64,000 nucleotides of DNA, from assembly GCA_040954595.2 (NCBI GenBank), contig CM082577.2, positions 10,565,846-10,629,845 of the forward strand, in the 5' to 3' direction. Made by a program: the position numbers and the translations under genes. The notes beneath the pieces are model-generated. The model made no database searches, was not told the DNA's origin, and worked only from the letters and a program-made list of their open reading frames with translations. The stretch comes from Balanoglossus misakiensis (Eukaryota; Animalia; Hemichordata). Below, piece after piece: positions 1-35,195 of the stretch; the stretch's first letter is position 1; each line of letters opens with the position of its first letter.

Positions 1-358
1 TTCTGATGGTCGTGATAAACACGGAGGACACCCCCCCCCACCCCCAGGGCACCCCCGTCTTATCTCTCGGTTTCCCTTGTGTAGTCCGTGTGTGTGCGTG
101 CAGGCCTCGTGGAAGGATACGCTCGCAGTGGAACGGGGGGCCAATTTGAATAGGAAGTAGGTCCTGGCATGTGCTTTCTCTGAATCGCATTAATTTTACT
201 TGAGTTGTTTTGAAAAGGCGCTGTGCATTTATGATAGAGAGCGGGGCCGCGATCAGGCTCGCTAGAATTTCCATAGAGATGGGATTACATGCAACATGTG
301 TAAAGCCTCCTTGTTTGTGGAGTGGCAGCAGTGGACGTTTGTGAAGTCTTTTTTTCCT

Positions 359-383
359 TCTCTCTCTCTCTCTCTCTCTCTCT
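359..383. repeat. (CT)n microsatellite
   Basis: Direct reading. Confidence 0.9.
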
Positions 384-3300
384 GTACGACAAGGCTGACG
401 GGGATTGTGGGGGACAGGCCTTGTTCGGTCGTTTGCCATCCCCCTTGTGTACATGTATGCATGCAGTTGGAGGGGGGAGTGACTGATTGGGGAATTGTCA
501 CTGACAATCCATCCTTCAGTGCTGCTGTCGCTGGAGATATAAATGAAGATTTATTTCCGAGGCCTCAACAACTTGACATTTGGTCACGGAGCTCTGCCCA
601 GACACAATCGCGGCAAACACCAGTTGGGTCACTGGACAAGGTGATGATGTCAGAGAATACATTGTATGAGGGGTCCCGGTCGCGGAAAGCAAGAAGGGGG
701 GGGAGGGGGTGCTATCAATTGCCGGTCTGCAGTCGTCCCAACAGAAAAGAATCAGCGGGGCTAATTCCCTAAGTAGATTAGGCTTAGTGCTTGCTGTCCT
801 TTTCGGTGGTGGCTCTCTTCTGGTAAATGTCAGTGCTGCAGTTACAGAAGTACGGGCTAAATTGGCTACTGAAAGAGAAAGGAAATGAAAAAGCATGAAG
901 TAAACCCATCCAAGCGAAGAGTGCGGGCCGACTACCAGAGAGGAATAAAAAACAATGCAACTGCCATTGCGCTTTTCAAAGCCTGTCAAAGGAGAACGCG
1001 CAGTGTAGAGTCATGCCCGTAAAAATACCGACAGGGCTGCCTCTGTCTTCCCAAGAACCCATGGACCCTACGCTCGGCTTGGTGCATATACCTGTCGCCT
1101 ATATCCGGCACATAGGCTTACATTTGAGCACACAGACCTGTCCGCGGTTTGATTAGTGTCAAAATAATTCAGTCGGGTCGTTTCTCCCGCGATTCCACAC
1201 ATGAAAATATGATTATAATTTGCGAGGAGAGCGCCCGTACAATTTTACAGCATCATGAGTAAGAGAGGGCAGAGCAGTGGAGCTTGCATGAATCATGGCC
1301 GTCAGTGACAGTTCCCAAGATTGCATATTTTCATGCAGTGCACCTAATGTTATCTGACACGTATAATGGAAGGCTGCAGTGAATTCCGTCTCACCGTTCC
1401 ATCAGCCAGCTTTTATACTTTATACTTGTCTGTGCGTGTGTGTTTCCAACAGGCTCCTGACTCGTGTTTATGTCTTTGTCTCAGGTGATTTTTTTCCGCT
1501 GTGTATTGTTCTGTGGACACTTTGCTAGTGTTTGTACATATTTTCCAAAAGGAGACTAGCTTGTACATATGTACCTAAGGCTAATGTCAGTACAAATAGA
1601 CAGGACATTTTTTTTTTCTCTTCAGCTTAATTTGGGGGTGAATGAATGTTGTAATTTTAATTAAGATTAATTGTAATTCTTAATTTTGTATTGATGCAAT
1701 GAAAAATGAAGTTAGTCAGAAAAAAAAATTGTATGCACACATGGTTGCATTTCTTGAAAAATAATTCTCTGAGACCACATCACCATATCAACCAGAATTG
1801 ATTTTTCTGTCAGGCTGAATACAAACAAGATGTTTTTGTGCCACAATATTTCTGGACGACTCCACAATATTGAAGCCCTGTAGGCCGCGAATAAGAACCA
1901 ACCTATAAGCAACCTGACAGGTACAGACGTCATGGTGAAGCCACACAAGAGAATTGCACTCCGGAATGAGTTTATTAGTGTTATATCGGCCATAAGCTAG
2001 AGAAAATTTGTTTTTTGTCCTCGTTTGTGTGACATGCATCGCCATGGCCACCCTGTTATGGAAACACTCGATTTGAAAACAGTCTGTCACGTGGCAAAGA
2101 GTCTGACGTTTATCTCTTGAAGTAGGCCGAACAGGGGAAAGGGAGCCATCGGGTGTCAGGAAAAGTGTGCATTTAGGGGTCAAAGGTCAGGGTGGGTGTT
2201 CGCTCGAGGAGTCTTCCGTTTGGAAAAGACGGCAAGTGTCGACACCGTCTGTAAAATGGTTGATTGAATGGGGTAATTGAAAGGCAGGTTTTTATTTAAA
2301 AAATTGGGTACTTGCAAAAGCTGGAGTTCGAGTGTGTACGGTTCTGTTACGGTTATTCCGAGTCAGAATTCGTAAAAAGCTGCCAACAACCGTATTGAAC
2401 GTTTGAACTGAAGAAAATTAAATTTAACAGCTGTGCTTCAACTGAAGGTTCAACTTGTGTGTTGATTTGGGTGAGGGGGATATTGATGTAAACAACTTCA
2501 CACTCTTGTAATATTTGCTTTTACAAATGGAAAAAATGTTTTCTGCTAAAAAATTTGCTGAGATGAGATTCTCTTTACGTTGTTGGATGAATTTTGTGTG
2601 TGTCCATTTTCTCTGGTTTTCTGCATGGACTCTGTTTTGAGGAAAGGTGTTCACAGTCGAAAAACAAGGGGTATTTATAGAAAGTGTCAGTTGTCAACAA
2701 AATGAGGGGAGCACGTCACTGACTTTGAAGGTCTTTGAATGTCTTGGTAATAATATTTTTGTCGTAATATTTATATCTTGGATGAAGCCAGGGTGTATCA
2801 TGCATTGTGTCTGTGCAAGTAGTAAACACTGCTGCCACTAAAAACCTTGTTAGCTTATTTTCCAAGAACTCCAACAAATTTTTTGACATAAAGGCATCTA
2901 GATTTTAATAGTTTGTTGTGGCAATTCACTGTCACTTGTGTCAACAGTGATCAGGTCCGGACTTTCTATTTTGACTTTCATTTGTGCCAAAAGCGAATGG
3001 ACCGTTCACAATCCTCCTGGAGTAGATTTGCGTTCGTCTCCATTGTTTCACAGTCGAGAGTTTTACTCTCTCCCCCTCCCCCCATTTTTTTGTACGTAAG
3101 TGCTCCCTCATTATCCTCAAAGTACTGCCTCAATAGCCGTTATTTGTTTCTGTAGCCATTGTTTGTTTTGTTTTCTGTCCGATTCAAAAGACCGTTTTGT
3201 GTTTGCGTTTGTCTTGGACTAGTGGAACAAAAAGAAAAAATCAGGCTGATTCTTCTGCTGTCTTTGTAAGCCGATGAGCGTTCGGGAAAAAAAAGGCACC

Positions 3301-6300
3301 GAAAGTTGCCACGAGGTACGGATTACAGCGGCGTTGAAAAGGGATCGCCCGTTCAGCGCCACCAGTAGCTAGCGAGAGAGTCGAGATCGAGATCGGGGCA
3401 GCGGTAAACATCTTGGGGCACGCCAGCCGATATATAAATCAATGACGGTCAGGCTTTTATAACCCGGGCCGTCTGGCTTTATGAAGAGAGCGATAAAGAA
3501 TATCGCAAGGGGTGGAAGATTTATGGGAGTGTCTTGAATCGAAGGGATTGGCTTTCGTTTCGGAAGGCCTGGCGAAAAAACCTTGTAGGTGTGTCGCGCC
3601 GTCGTCGTGTGAACGGCCCTCTACCTGTGTTGCCGGAGAATGTTGGTGGGTGACACGCGCAATTTATCACCGCCGACTAATGTAAGGTTTAGCAGATTAC
3701 GCTGATTCGGGCGCAGTTTTACAGCGGCATAAACTGATTACACAAATTTATCACTCGTCCCAACAATGGCGTGTCTTGGACTGTTGACTTCTTTTTTTTT
3801 ACAAAGAGAAGAGCCTTCGCTGCTCTGCTGGTGCGCAAAAAGGTCCGGCTGTACAGCAAGTTTCGGCTCCCCCCTGATTACTTCCCAAAAGATGATAAAT
3901 AAATTGAGCAGTAACTGTTTTTGAGGTAAATTTTAACAGTATAAATTAACTCAGAAATCAAACTGTTTGTTGCACGAGTTGTCCGAAAAATCAAAGGTAA
4001 TTCCTCCTTCATTCATGTGTCTGACTTGAACAAAACCGTTGGTAGTAACAAAGAATATTCCCGAAATCATCTCTAGTATTTTTAGCTCATGAATGCATCT
4101 GTGCTAATTTCTTACTTCTCAATATATAATGTCAGATGCATATCTGTTCAAATGTTTTGTCTCAAATGTTCTTCACTGTACGGTATTCAGCTGTTTTTTT
4201 GCGGGCTAGAAAAAGAAAAAAAAATTATGGCAACCTGACATTTCAAGCCTCAGAACTGCTTGTTGATTACACTTCAATTACCCAACATGAGCTGAAAACA
4301 GATTAAAAATTCAACTAATGATCTTTTGATTAAGATAGCTAATTCAGAACGGAAATATCTTTTCTAGTTTTTCTTCAGTACCATAGCACCGAACGTAAAA
4401 CATCTAGGTCAGTAAAAAATTTAATTCCCGATTTTTTGCCATCAAGGTCAAGAAATAATTAAGAGAAAATAATTCATAAAACGGACAAGTTATATATACA
4501 TGCATGATTTTTTTCAATTAAAGGGTTTCGTGGTATTATTTATTGATTTCTCAGTTGTAAAAATTATTAAGTGACTGGCAACTGTTTGGGTAGCTATGCT
4601 CCGGTCTAGATTTTCTGCCCTTCAAGATGGTTGAGTAATGGTTAAGATGGACAGTTTAGCGCGAAATGTGTTTTTTCTCCACTCTCGAGCAAAAAGGAGT
4701 ATTAAGGCGGATTTTACCGTTGACTTACAGGCTATGACATGCAAATTAAAAGCTAGAGTGTTTTATTGAAAATGCCGTAATGAAATTGTTCACCGAGTTT
4801 CAATGCATTATTTATGAACGCGCAGAGAGAATGGGGGTTGATTTAAAGCCGGGAAATTTCGAGTGATGCGGCGGCTTGATTGGATGCGTCGCGAGAGCGG
4901 GCCTGACGCGCCCCATTTCCTCGGCGCGGATGAAGGGGGGGGGGGGGGGGGTGCGCTGAGAAGAGCGGCGACTCGTCAGATCGGGTTACCTGGAGGTTTT
5001 GTCGCCGGGTCTGTGTCAGTGACACGTTTTCGGTCATAGCTGTACGTGTAGTCCTGGCCCCTGTGCCTCAGATTTGTTCTGTGTGTGTTACTGTTAGTCG
5101 CCAAGTTCTGATCCCATGCGACGGCGGCGAACGGGGCGAGTTGCTTCTGAATGCACAGCAGCATCAGTGCATTGAACCTTGCTTCAGTGTGTTGCAATTC
5201 GCGTTTGCTTCAGCGGTGACTGCACATATGTTAAAACCCCCGCACAGGATGAAACGGCGATCCCTCCGCCCCGGAAAAAAAGCGACAGAAGTCTTTGACA
5301 GCCAAACGAGCCATCCCCCCCCCCCTGCAAATATCGCCGTGTTATTTATCTGCGAACAGATATTGCAACCTTTAAAAAATATCTCCAGATACTAATGGCG
5401 TATTGAGGATCATGATGGCCGTCTGTTGTGATGCATGTCTTCCTAATGGTCGCGCTGTCGTTGCGGTGATGATATCGTCAGTTTTTCCGATAATTACCTT
5501 TTACAAAATTCAAACCAAGACACGACAGAAATTGTTACTAGAGCCCCAAGAGCATGAAGAAGGGAAAGCGAGAATAATACCTTTCTGCCGTTTGACGCAA
5601 TCTCAAGAAAACTCGAAACGCTCTAACCAGAAGCTTGCGGATTCGCTCTAATTGTTCGCAGCGATGAATGCGTTTCGGACTGCTTCTCCGTTGTGCTGGA
5701 GACAGTCTAGCTTCTCTCACAGTGCTCTATTTTTGCAAGCCAACCCGGCAGCGCACACACACAATGCGATCGCATTGATGCTAGGGATATTGGCCCCCGC
5801 AGTACAATGACGTCTTTACGGAGGGGATTAACAGATCTATTAATCAAGCATTAATTCAGTAACTCTAAAAACTCAAAAAGAGGATTTCCCCATCCGTGTC
5901 CTTCTGAATAGGCGAACTTTCACGAATTTCAATTTTTTTTTATTTACGCGGAGCTGCATTATTTTCCTGATTTTTCTTTCGCGGCTTTATTGACGTGCGG
6001 CCTGAATTTAATTCCGTCGGTGGAAGCAGTCCAACAAACATTTTTCACCGAGTTTGTTGTGCCAGCTTTTTATATTAAAGATTGCACGATACAAAATCAC
6101 ACAACTATTTTTGACCCATGATTAGCAAGGTGAAAGGGGGCAAAGACTGCTAATGATTCAGCCACTTTAGCAGAAAGGTAAAAGCACATTACGTTGTGCT
6201 ACACACAATCGTGACATTAGTTGTTGTGTTTTTCTTTTTCCCTCTGTCTTCAGTATGAATGAAATTGATAAATGAACTGAACATATGACATGCATTGACT

Positions 6301-9300
6301 TGGAAAAATACTTCACCCACAGATCAACGTCATTTTCATTCGGATCGTTTCCAAGCTGGTATATACAATTCCCGCTAGTCTGTTTTGTCAGCATTTGCGA
6401 TTGTTCTGGTGAAATTTTCTTCACACAGAAAACCGATTTCCTCTCTGCTAATCTATGTGGACGTAGCTGGCTCACAGTGTCACCTTGGATGGACAATAGA
6501 AAAAAAAATATTAAAAGCTCGAGATGAATATTTAAAACAAGTTTGACCAGATAATATTGCGTTCAATACAGATGTCATTTTACATGACCGGAATATGAAA
6601 TTGCATGTTCTGTACACGATATTGCTATGAACTTTGCGTGTAGGCGAGGATGTCAAAACATGGAGACGTGTACTGTACGTCGCACATGTAGTAATTCTCC
6701 CTTCAGTCAGTCTAGATAGTGTCACGCCAGCGCCACACTTTGGCCTGACAGGTACACTGTTAATCATTCCCACATGAAGGCAAAAAAAAAGAGCCAGATT
6801 TATGAGTCCAGTGGAAGTTCCCGGACGATAAATTCTGCGGTCTCTTCTTCTCCCAGCTAAAAGCATAACCAAATTAGACAGAAAATGTTGCGTTATGAAG
6901 CGATAAGCGCTGTCAGTCGGGGTGGGGGGAGAAGATGTCTGATCATCCAGAGGGTCGATCTTCCCCGGAATCTAATGAGTCTGCTTGGCTCTTTCCCGCT
7001 TTCTTCCCGGCTTTCCTCCCCCGCTCGAAATTTCACACGTCTCTTCCTGCGTCAGTCCATTCATTCTAATTAATTGCATGTCAGGGTGATAATGCTGTTG
7101 TGAAAGTGCCTTTTTGTCGGTCGCGGTCGGTCGTTCTGTTCGCGGCGTCGTCAATGCAGAGACCCCTGCGTGTGTGTTTTTCACGTGTGATCGTGTACGT
7201 ATCGTAAAAAACGGACAAGGCAGGGAATCCTGCCGTTGCAGTGCATTATGACTCGCGATAATATTCAACCACCCTCTCCTGCGGCCCAGGTCGTCATTAC
7301 ACTCAGATGTACTTTATTGGAATAAGGAAATAACACTAAAAAATTTATGCGAAACTGATAGGCTGAACAGCCATCTTTTGAAATTGACCTATTTGGGACA
7401 AGGAAGGTTAATCTGCCCTGTTTTTCCATGTTCGTCATCCCGATTACAGTCAAGTGTCCCCATACAGTTTATTTCTGCCATGGTTTTCTGCTTGAAGCTG
7501 TATCGTTCGTTCACAGACCAGAGACTTTGTTTTGCAGGCTTCGGCTAAAAAAAGAACAAGAAAGGTTCAATAGAATTTGTGTCATCCTGTGTATTGAATG
7601 TCTATTTACTTGATGTGTTTTTTTTTATATCTCATTCTTAGTTAATATGGCATCTAATGATGGGTTGGGTGAAAGTGGATTACGATCTTTAAATATTTAT
7701 GATTTTTTTTTTCATTAATATTATTAATGCCTAGAGGCTTGTTCTTCTTGAGGTAAATAGAGAATGTGACTGTACTTTGGCTGATAATGAACTTAGGGAT
7801 CAATAAAACGTACAGCGAGGCAAAGTTTCCGATGGCTAACTTGCATGTTCATTCTTCGAGGAAGAAATCAACAGCCACTGTGAGCCCGACTTCATTAAAA
7901 TGCAGATGAGTTTTGATCTCAGAGGCTGCCTCGGCCCTGGTCATCCATAATTCCCAGATTAAATATAATGCATTTAATAATTTCAAATCCGATGCATCAC
8001 TTAGCAGTTGAGCGAGTTGGGTTCCTCGGAGTTGACAGGCGCGGCGACGACAAACAGGTGGCAGCTTTTGGCTGCGGGGAATTATTCGCTGAGTGATGAG
8101 TCTTCCGTCGAGTCCCGGTCGCTCGTACCGCTCCGTTGAGTCGGTTCGCACCGTGGCACGTCACGTCCGTCGGTCGGTGCACGGAGTATTGAGGAAGTCG
8201 GCCTTTTCGGTTTGCCTTTGAGCAGTACTCTGTGTGGTCACGTGTGGAGATCATGATAATTTTTTATTAAAAAATCAACTTCTGCTCCTATTTTAATAAT
8301 AATAATAAAAAACACAGAATCATAATTTTCTTGTTTTGTGGGTCTATCCCTCTCCTTGAGAACACCAAGCCGTAGGTTTAACGTAAAATAACACATTTCG
8401 CGTGTAACGATAATTCTGGTGAATCACTTTTTCACATCAGCATGACTGCATATAACCAGGCACTGGTAGATATCCTGATGTCTTGTCCATCATCCTCTTC
8501 CAATATTTTGGTACCGGTTTCTGTTCCATCATGTTTCTATTCTGTCGTCATACATAATACATGTTTTAACAACTTCAAGACACATCCGATAGTCGATCAT
8601 CATGGTGTTATCAAATGTAGCTAAGCTAGGGAGGACAATTTCTAGCTTTTTTATGTTTTCACTTTGGAAAATATAAAAATAGAATGCTTTGCCATTCTCA
8701 CTGCTACATTTAGGTATTAGATTAGGTGTTAGATTAGCATTCTGCGTACCATTTCATTCATTAAGTTGTCACCAATTTCCCCCTGCGCCTACCATTCCAT
8801 TTGTTGTTGTTAATCACTTCTGAAATTGTTTCCTATCACCAGTTTGGGGGGATTACCCCTCCTTTTGACATCAGGACTGGTAATTTGCTAATAATGCAGT
8901 TTCCAATGCAGTTGGCGTCAACACTAAATGATAGAGAGGTACATGTACATGTATATAAGAAGAGAAAAAAATATGTCTCAAGTTGAATAGGAGTCATGTT
9001 GTACTGATGGAATATCATATGATGTTATACAGTACCTACAGTGTATAAATTAGCATGTTTATAAAATGTTACTGTTGTTGGACAGTATTGCATGTGCATG
9101 GATGAAACTCGAGAATTCAGTATTATAAAAAATTAGGTAAACGCAAAAATACTGATGATTATTATATCATTAAACTGTGAAGGCAAGTCATTAGTCCATC
9201 CTGTCTTTTTGAGTGTCATTCATTCAGTATTTAGGTACAACAGTATGAAAATATACTATAATGTCTTGAAATGACCAGGCAACTGAGCTACCTGGTCGTG

Positions 9301-10767
9301 TAATATTTGTTTTGACAGATAAACAAGAAGGCATGCGAAGTTCTGTTTTGCAATCAGGCGTTTTTCGCGTATGCAGAGCAGCTGCTACGCACACGACATC
9401 CTCCTTAATAATAAAAAGAGAAACGTACCTGACTGGAATACGCAATGCAGTGCCGCGACACCTACTCTTTAAGGAGGGACTGCTCATTGTCGGCCACACG
9501 CGTACGTACCCGTCTAAAAGAATGGTAGAGTCCGCGCTAGTGCTGTCTGGTAGTATTAGACGTCAATAAACATGGCACGCCAGCTATTCTTCAGGAGAGG
9601 TGTTGTTTTTGTTTTGAAACGTGTTGTTGGGTGCAAGTACGTAGCTGTGGTATATGTTTGGTTTTATGTCTGAGTAAATACCTACATTTTGTCGTTCGTA
9701 ACATTTTCCAACGTGTGTATGTTTTGAAACATCACTGCCAGGTGAAGTGAATGTGTGTGTTTTTAAAAAAATATGAAAATGATTTGACACGATTGGGAAA
9801 AGATGCCTGTCAGAACGGAATTAGAAAGTGTTTAGCGGGAAAGAATTTTAGCCCGAAGCTGGCAATCGGCACAGGTGTGTTTACGCCGAATGCGAACATG
9901 AAAATTTATGTAAAATTCCACAAGGAAATGAGCCGTACAGGGAATACTTGCGTTGCCATAGTAACTGGGCAAGTAATCGTAAATTCTGCTCTGCCTAGCA
10001 TCTTTAAAAAAAGGATTTCTGACGGCGGGTTGTTTTCGAGGTGTCACTGCCCGCCAGTTGCCATGTGCTATTTTTTTCTTCTCTGCACGATTTTTGAGAT
10101 CGTTATCCGAGACATGGCTTGACTATATGCCCATTTGCATCGCTCGGTAATATCCCCACGTATAGAGCCTAAAACCCTGTCAATGAAGTATTGATGTCAT
10201 TTCCCAGAAATATTTTATGCATGTCCATTTCAATGCGGATACCGGCTCCAATCAGCATGGACATTAATATCGAAATGGATTCTTTCTATGTTGCCACGGC
10301 AACAATAATATCAAGGTATAAATTCTCCACTGGCAGTGCAATATGTCAATAGGAAATTAAATTAACATTAATAAAAGCGGTATTTGCCATAATTTCAACG
10401 TCTTATTTTTATCAGTGGTTGAATTTTCTCCCCCCCCCCCCCCCCCAAGATTGCTGATTTTTTCACCAGAGGTAGTTTGAAAACATTTTAGAATTCTTTT
10501 CAGATTTGTTTTCATGATTACTAGAACAAGTGCATACATGTCAGTTTTTTTCAATTACTTTTTTATTACACAAAGTTTTTTTTTCCAAATCTGTAAATCA
10601 CTGTGTATCGCTCTAAGGTATAAAAAATACTAGTATTGTGCTCCAGCTTTGTACAGGGAATACTTCGGGGCAGGTTAATATGGAGCGAGTCAGGATTTAG
10701 GTTAAACTACTGGAGAGTAGGTGGAAATGTGAGTGAACTTCTAAGCGTTTGAATGGTTTCAGTTTAA

Positions 10768-10852
10768 CCCTTTCACCACCATGGTTCAGTCCAAAGCCAT
10801 TGTCTTCTATGGTGAGGTTGGACCTCAAAAGAGGAAACTGGGGGTGAAAGGG
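10768..10852 (+). mobile_element. 85-bp piggyBac-like MITE, copy 1
   Basis: TTAA-CCCTTTCACC...GGTGAAAGGG; internal similarity to copies at 26500, 45240, 47995; right TTAA altered. Confidence 0.8.
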
Positions 10853-13800
10853 TTGGTTAATAAGAGGCCAAAAAAAATCTGGTTAGGTTTCTGAAATTTT
10901 CTCTCTCCAATAAATGCCAAAAGTAGTCAGTGGAACAGTGGTTGCAAGGTATACATGTAGTTGTTATCCTCAGCGTTTTTGTGAAGATGGGAGTTGTATA
11001 CATTCATGCACTCTGCGTGCGATGTGTGGTGTTCACATGTAGGCTAGCCCTATGTTGAATTCTGTGTTGTAGAGGTGGTGCGTGTACATGTAGTTCTGTA
11101 GCAGATGGTTTCATCTTAATGAATACTGCAGTAGCGTTTCAAGGAGTTTCCCACATGCTCCGAGAAAATCCCGCAAAAGGACCTTGAATTTCGAGAGCAC
11201 TCCTTGAAAAGTCCTGGAGAAATGAACATCATCACTCAGGGAAATTTCATGGAGAAACTGATTCAGACTCATGTATATGGTATGATAATTTGTGCATTGC
11301 TGTGAGTGAAGGAAAAGGACAAAATTACTGTGATCATTTTGGGGAGGGGGCAGCATCTGACTTGAGTAGGATTTTGAAACTTCCAGCATTGCAGATAAGT
11401 AATTTTAGAGTCTAGGAAAGTTGTAGTGTTCGCAATTCTAAAATTGGAAAATTATTTTGTTCTTGGCAGGCGGCTGTGTTGAACATGCTGTCGTCTATAA
11501 ATTCTACTACCGTTTCAATATTGGAGGAAAGGTTTTTCTTGGCATGCAAGTCCTAAAAGATGCATGTTTTTTATGACAATGTTTCATTTTACCAAGTTGT
11601 GGAATATGCGTATTTCATATTTTATTCAAAATGTCATGCATAATTTCTCTGAAGCCTTAGTGTTCCCAGTGTTACCGCGTTTATCAATTCATGCGCGGCT
11701 GAATTATGGCGCTAATGCGAGCAAAAACCGAATTTCAGCAGTATGTCCGTAATTGTCGGGGAGAAAATGTCAATACTTTGTCATGCTTGCGAGCGTGTAA
11801 ACACTGGTGATTTGGATGCATTTGGACAAACTTCAACAGATTTGATGAATGTTGCCTTTTTTTAGGGGGGGGGGGAATCAATCAGGCGAGGCAAAAAAAT
11901 ACGTATTTCCATGGTGACGCTTCGTGTTTCCGATGATCGATATAGATTCTTGCCAGCAAGCTGACTTGTGTGAACAGATGTGAAAACCAGATTCAAAGAA
12001 TTTAAATGTCGGCAAAAATAACCCGTTTTGACATCGTTTGTGTACTGTCGTTTTTTTTATAGTCTTGCTGTAAAAGAACAAATTTCCATCTCATTTCCAA
12101 CGCACCCAACAAAATTCTGATTACAAGGCCCTGTGCTCAGTCAGTCACACACTGAAAACATACTGGATTTTTTGTCTTCTCCACGGCTGTGATAACGATA
12201 CTTTTGTACCTTTCGGCAATTCGCATCACAGGTTTTTCACAAAGACATCTCCAAGAAAATCTGCAGACCTTTATTGTCTGGGGTCACCCTTTCATCGCAC
12301 AGGTCAAATGAATTTTGCAACGAAAAATTGCAGGTTTTTGTCGTTCTGAGTGTTCATTGCTTTTACTGACAGTGTGCAGAAACGCAGTATTTGTGACCAC
12401 AAAGGATGTGTTTTCCGGGCGAGATGAGTACGGAGGGTATAGCGTGTCCGCTTTTGTAGTTCTGGAGATTACAGTATATGTCGAGGGGAAAATGCAGGTA
12501 TCTTTGACAGATTTCAGAGAAAGCCCGGGGAGGGAAGATGGACGGGATCAGGGGGGAAATCTGCAACTTAAATAGTGACGAACTCATCTGTGTGGTTTTC
12601 TTGTGTTAGAATAGAAAGGAGGAAAAAAATGTCAATATTACATCATGCGGTAATATCGGTAAATACCTGGCATTGCACTTCGACGAAATCTCACAGTTTC
12701 AGCGTTTCCATATTTCACATCGTAAAGAGAAAGATAAATGCATTTCATGCGCGGTATATCGAAGCGAATATTACGGAAAAACGCAAATGCGGGCCCCCTG
12801 ATTGTTGTCGGTCTTCTGCAAACACGCTAATTACCCGAAAAGGCATCAATTATGCATTTGACACGCCGATTCAGTCGACTCGACGTGCCGGGGACATTCT
12901 GTCATTTCGCAACAAAGAGAAAAAGGGAAGGGGGGGGATTACGCCAAACCGACACTTGTGGCAACATTTTGATAAACCCCTAATCACCAGATGTCACGCT
13001 TTCTCCCCGCCCCCTTTTTTTGTGTGTTCCCAAAAGCGTTTCATTTGTCGCGAATTCACAAATGAACACGGGGCACTATCACTCATATCATTAGCATATT
13101 AATGAAGGTCGCTCTCTTGGAGCAGGGTGGCAAATTAATATAAATGACAGGTTAAAAAAATGACCGAAATCGGGTTTTATGACACTAATGGAATTAGAGT
13201 ATTTTCTATTGACAACGATGATGTCTCCGTCATTCATTCGAAAAAGAGAAGAAAAAAAATGTAAATGCATTATTGACTGGAGGGCATTGACTCCTCTGTT
13301 TATACAGAATGTTCGTAATCACAGTCAAACACCTACGCCTGTTTGGAGCGAGTGCGCTGAACTTACATGTATTATAAAGCTCATATCTGCTCTCACAGAG
13401 GGTTTGGGGATTATACACTACTGGAAGAAAGTAACATGTAGAATGCTGCATTGCAGTTGATGGTGTTAGTCGTGCCAGTCGCCACAGCCATTCAATTCCA
13501 ACCGCTTGACCCCTCTGACCGTTCCAAAGGTTGAAATTCTTGACCTGGTCCAAGTTATTCCGGAAATGGCCGTGGCCTGGAAACGTGGTACCATGGCTTG
13601 CTGGAGAGATAATCTCAAACAGCATGGCCAAAATTTGAAAAATTAGTTATTTCAAGCTCTCTGTGTGAGAACTGTTATTTTTCTCCTCATGACACGTCAA
13701 TCGCTGTGACCTTCGACTGACATACTGGCTGCAAAGTCAGATATCAACTAAACCTGATATACAGCTGTTTATAACCAGTTCAAGATTAATGGTGCAATTT

Positions 13801-14283
13801 GTTTCCACGGCGATCCCCTCTCAAACACTACAAATTATCCCACACTGTCCACTGAAAATGATCCGATTGCATTGTCCACCATTTCATCCGGTCGTTCATC
13901 CCATCAGTTAGTCACCACACCCAATCACCCTCCGGACATTTCTCCAAATCCAGAATTCCTCTCTTTCTCAAATCATTCCAAAACAAAAGAAATTCAGTGA
14001 GCGCACCACCCTGTACATGTAATTTGCAAAGCAGTTTTTATTTTTGATCATGACCATTTAATGATATTAATCTGACAGTCACATGTAAGTGATGACTGTG
14101 TAAATGTAACAAAGTTATTGAGAGACATTTTTTTTCTCACGGCTGGCCAAGCTGAAAGCTGAAGCTCAGTTATCACAGAAATTGCAGAAAAATCTAAGTC
14201 TTTTATTTGAGCCCACTTTGAATGGAAAAAATTCCCAACACTCACAGTCTGTGTTTTCTTTTTCCTTGTCTGTACCTTTATAG

Positions 14284-35195
<20,912 letters not shown>

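Noticed and set aside
296-989. 158-aa and 157-aa ORFs at the window start as possible 5' exons
   Set aside because: Run through a (CT)n repeat, show no family motif, and offer no phase-1 donor in an open frame to join 14284
3276-3316. ATG...CACGAG|GTACGG as a candidate first exon
   Set aside because: Phase 0, incompatible with the phase-1 acceptor at 14284 unless another exon intervenes
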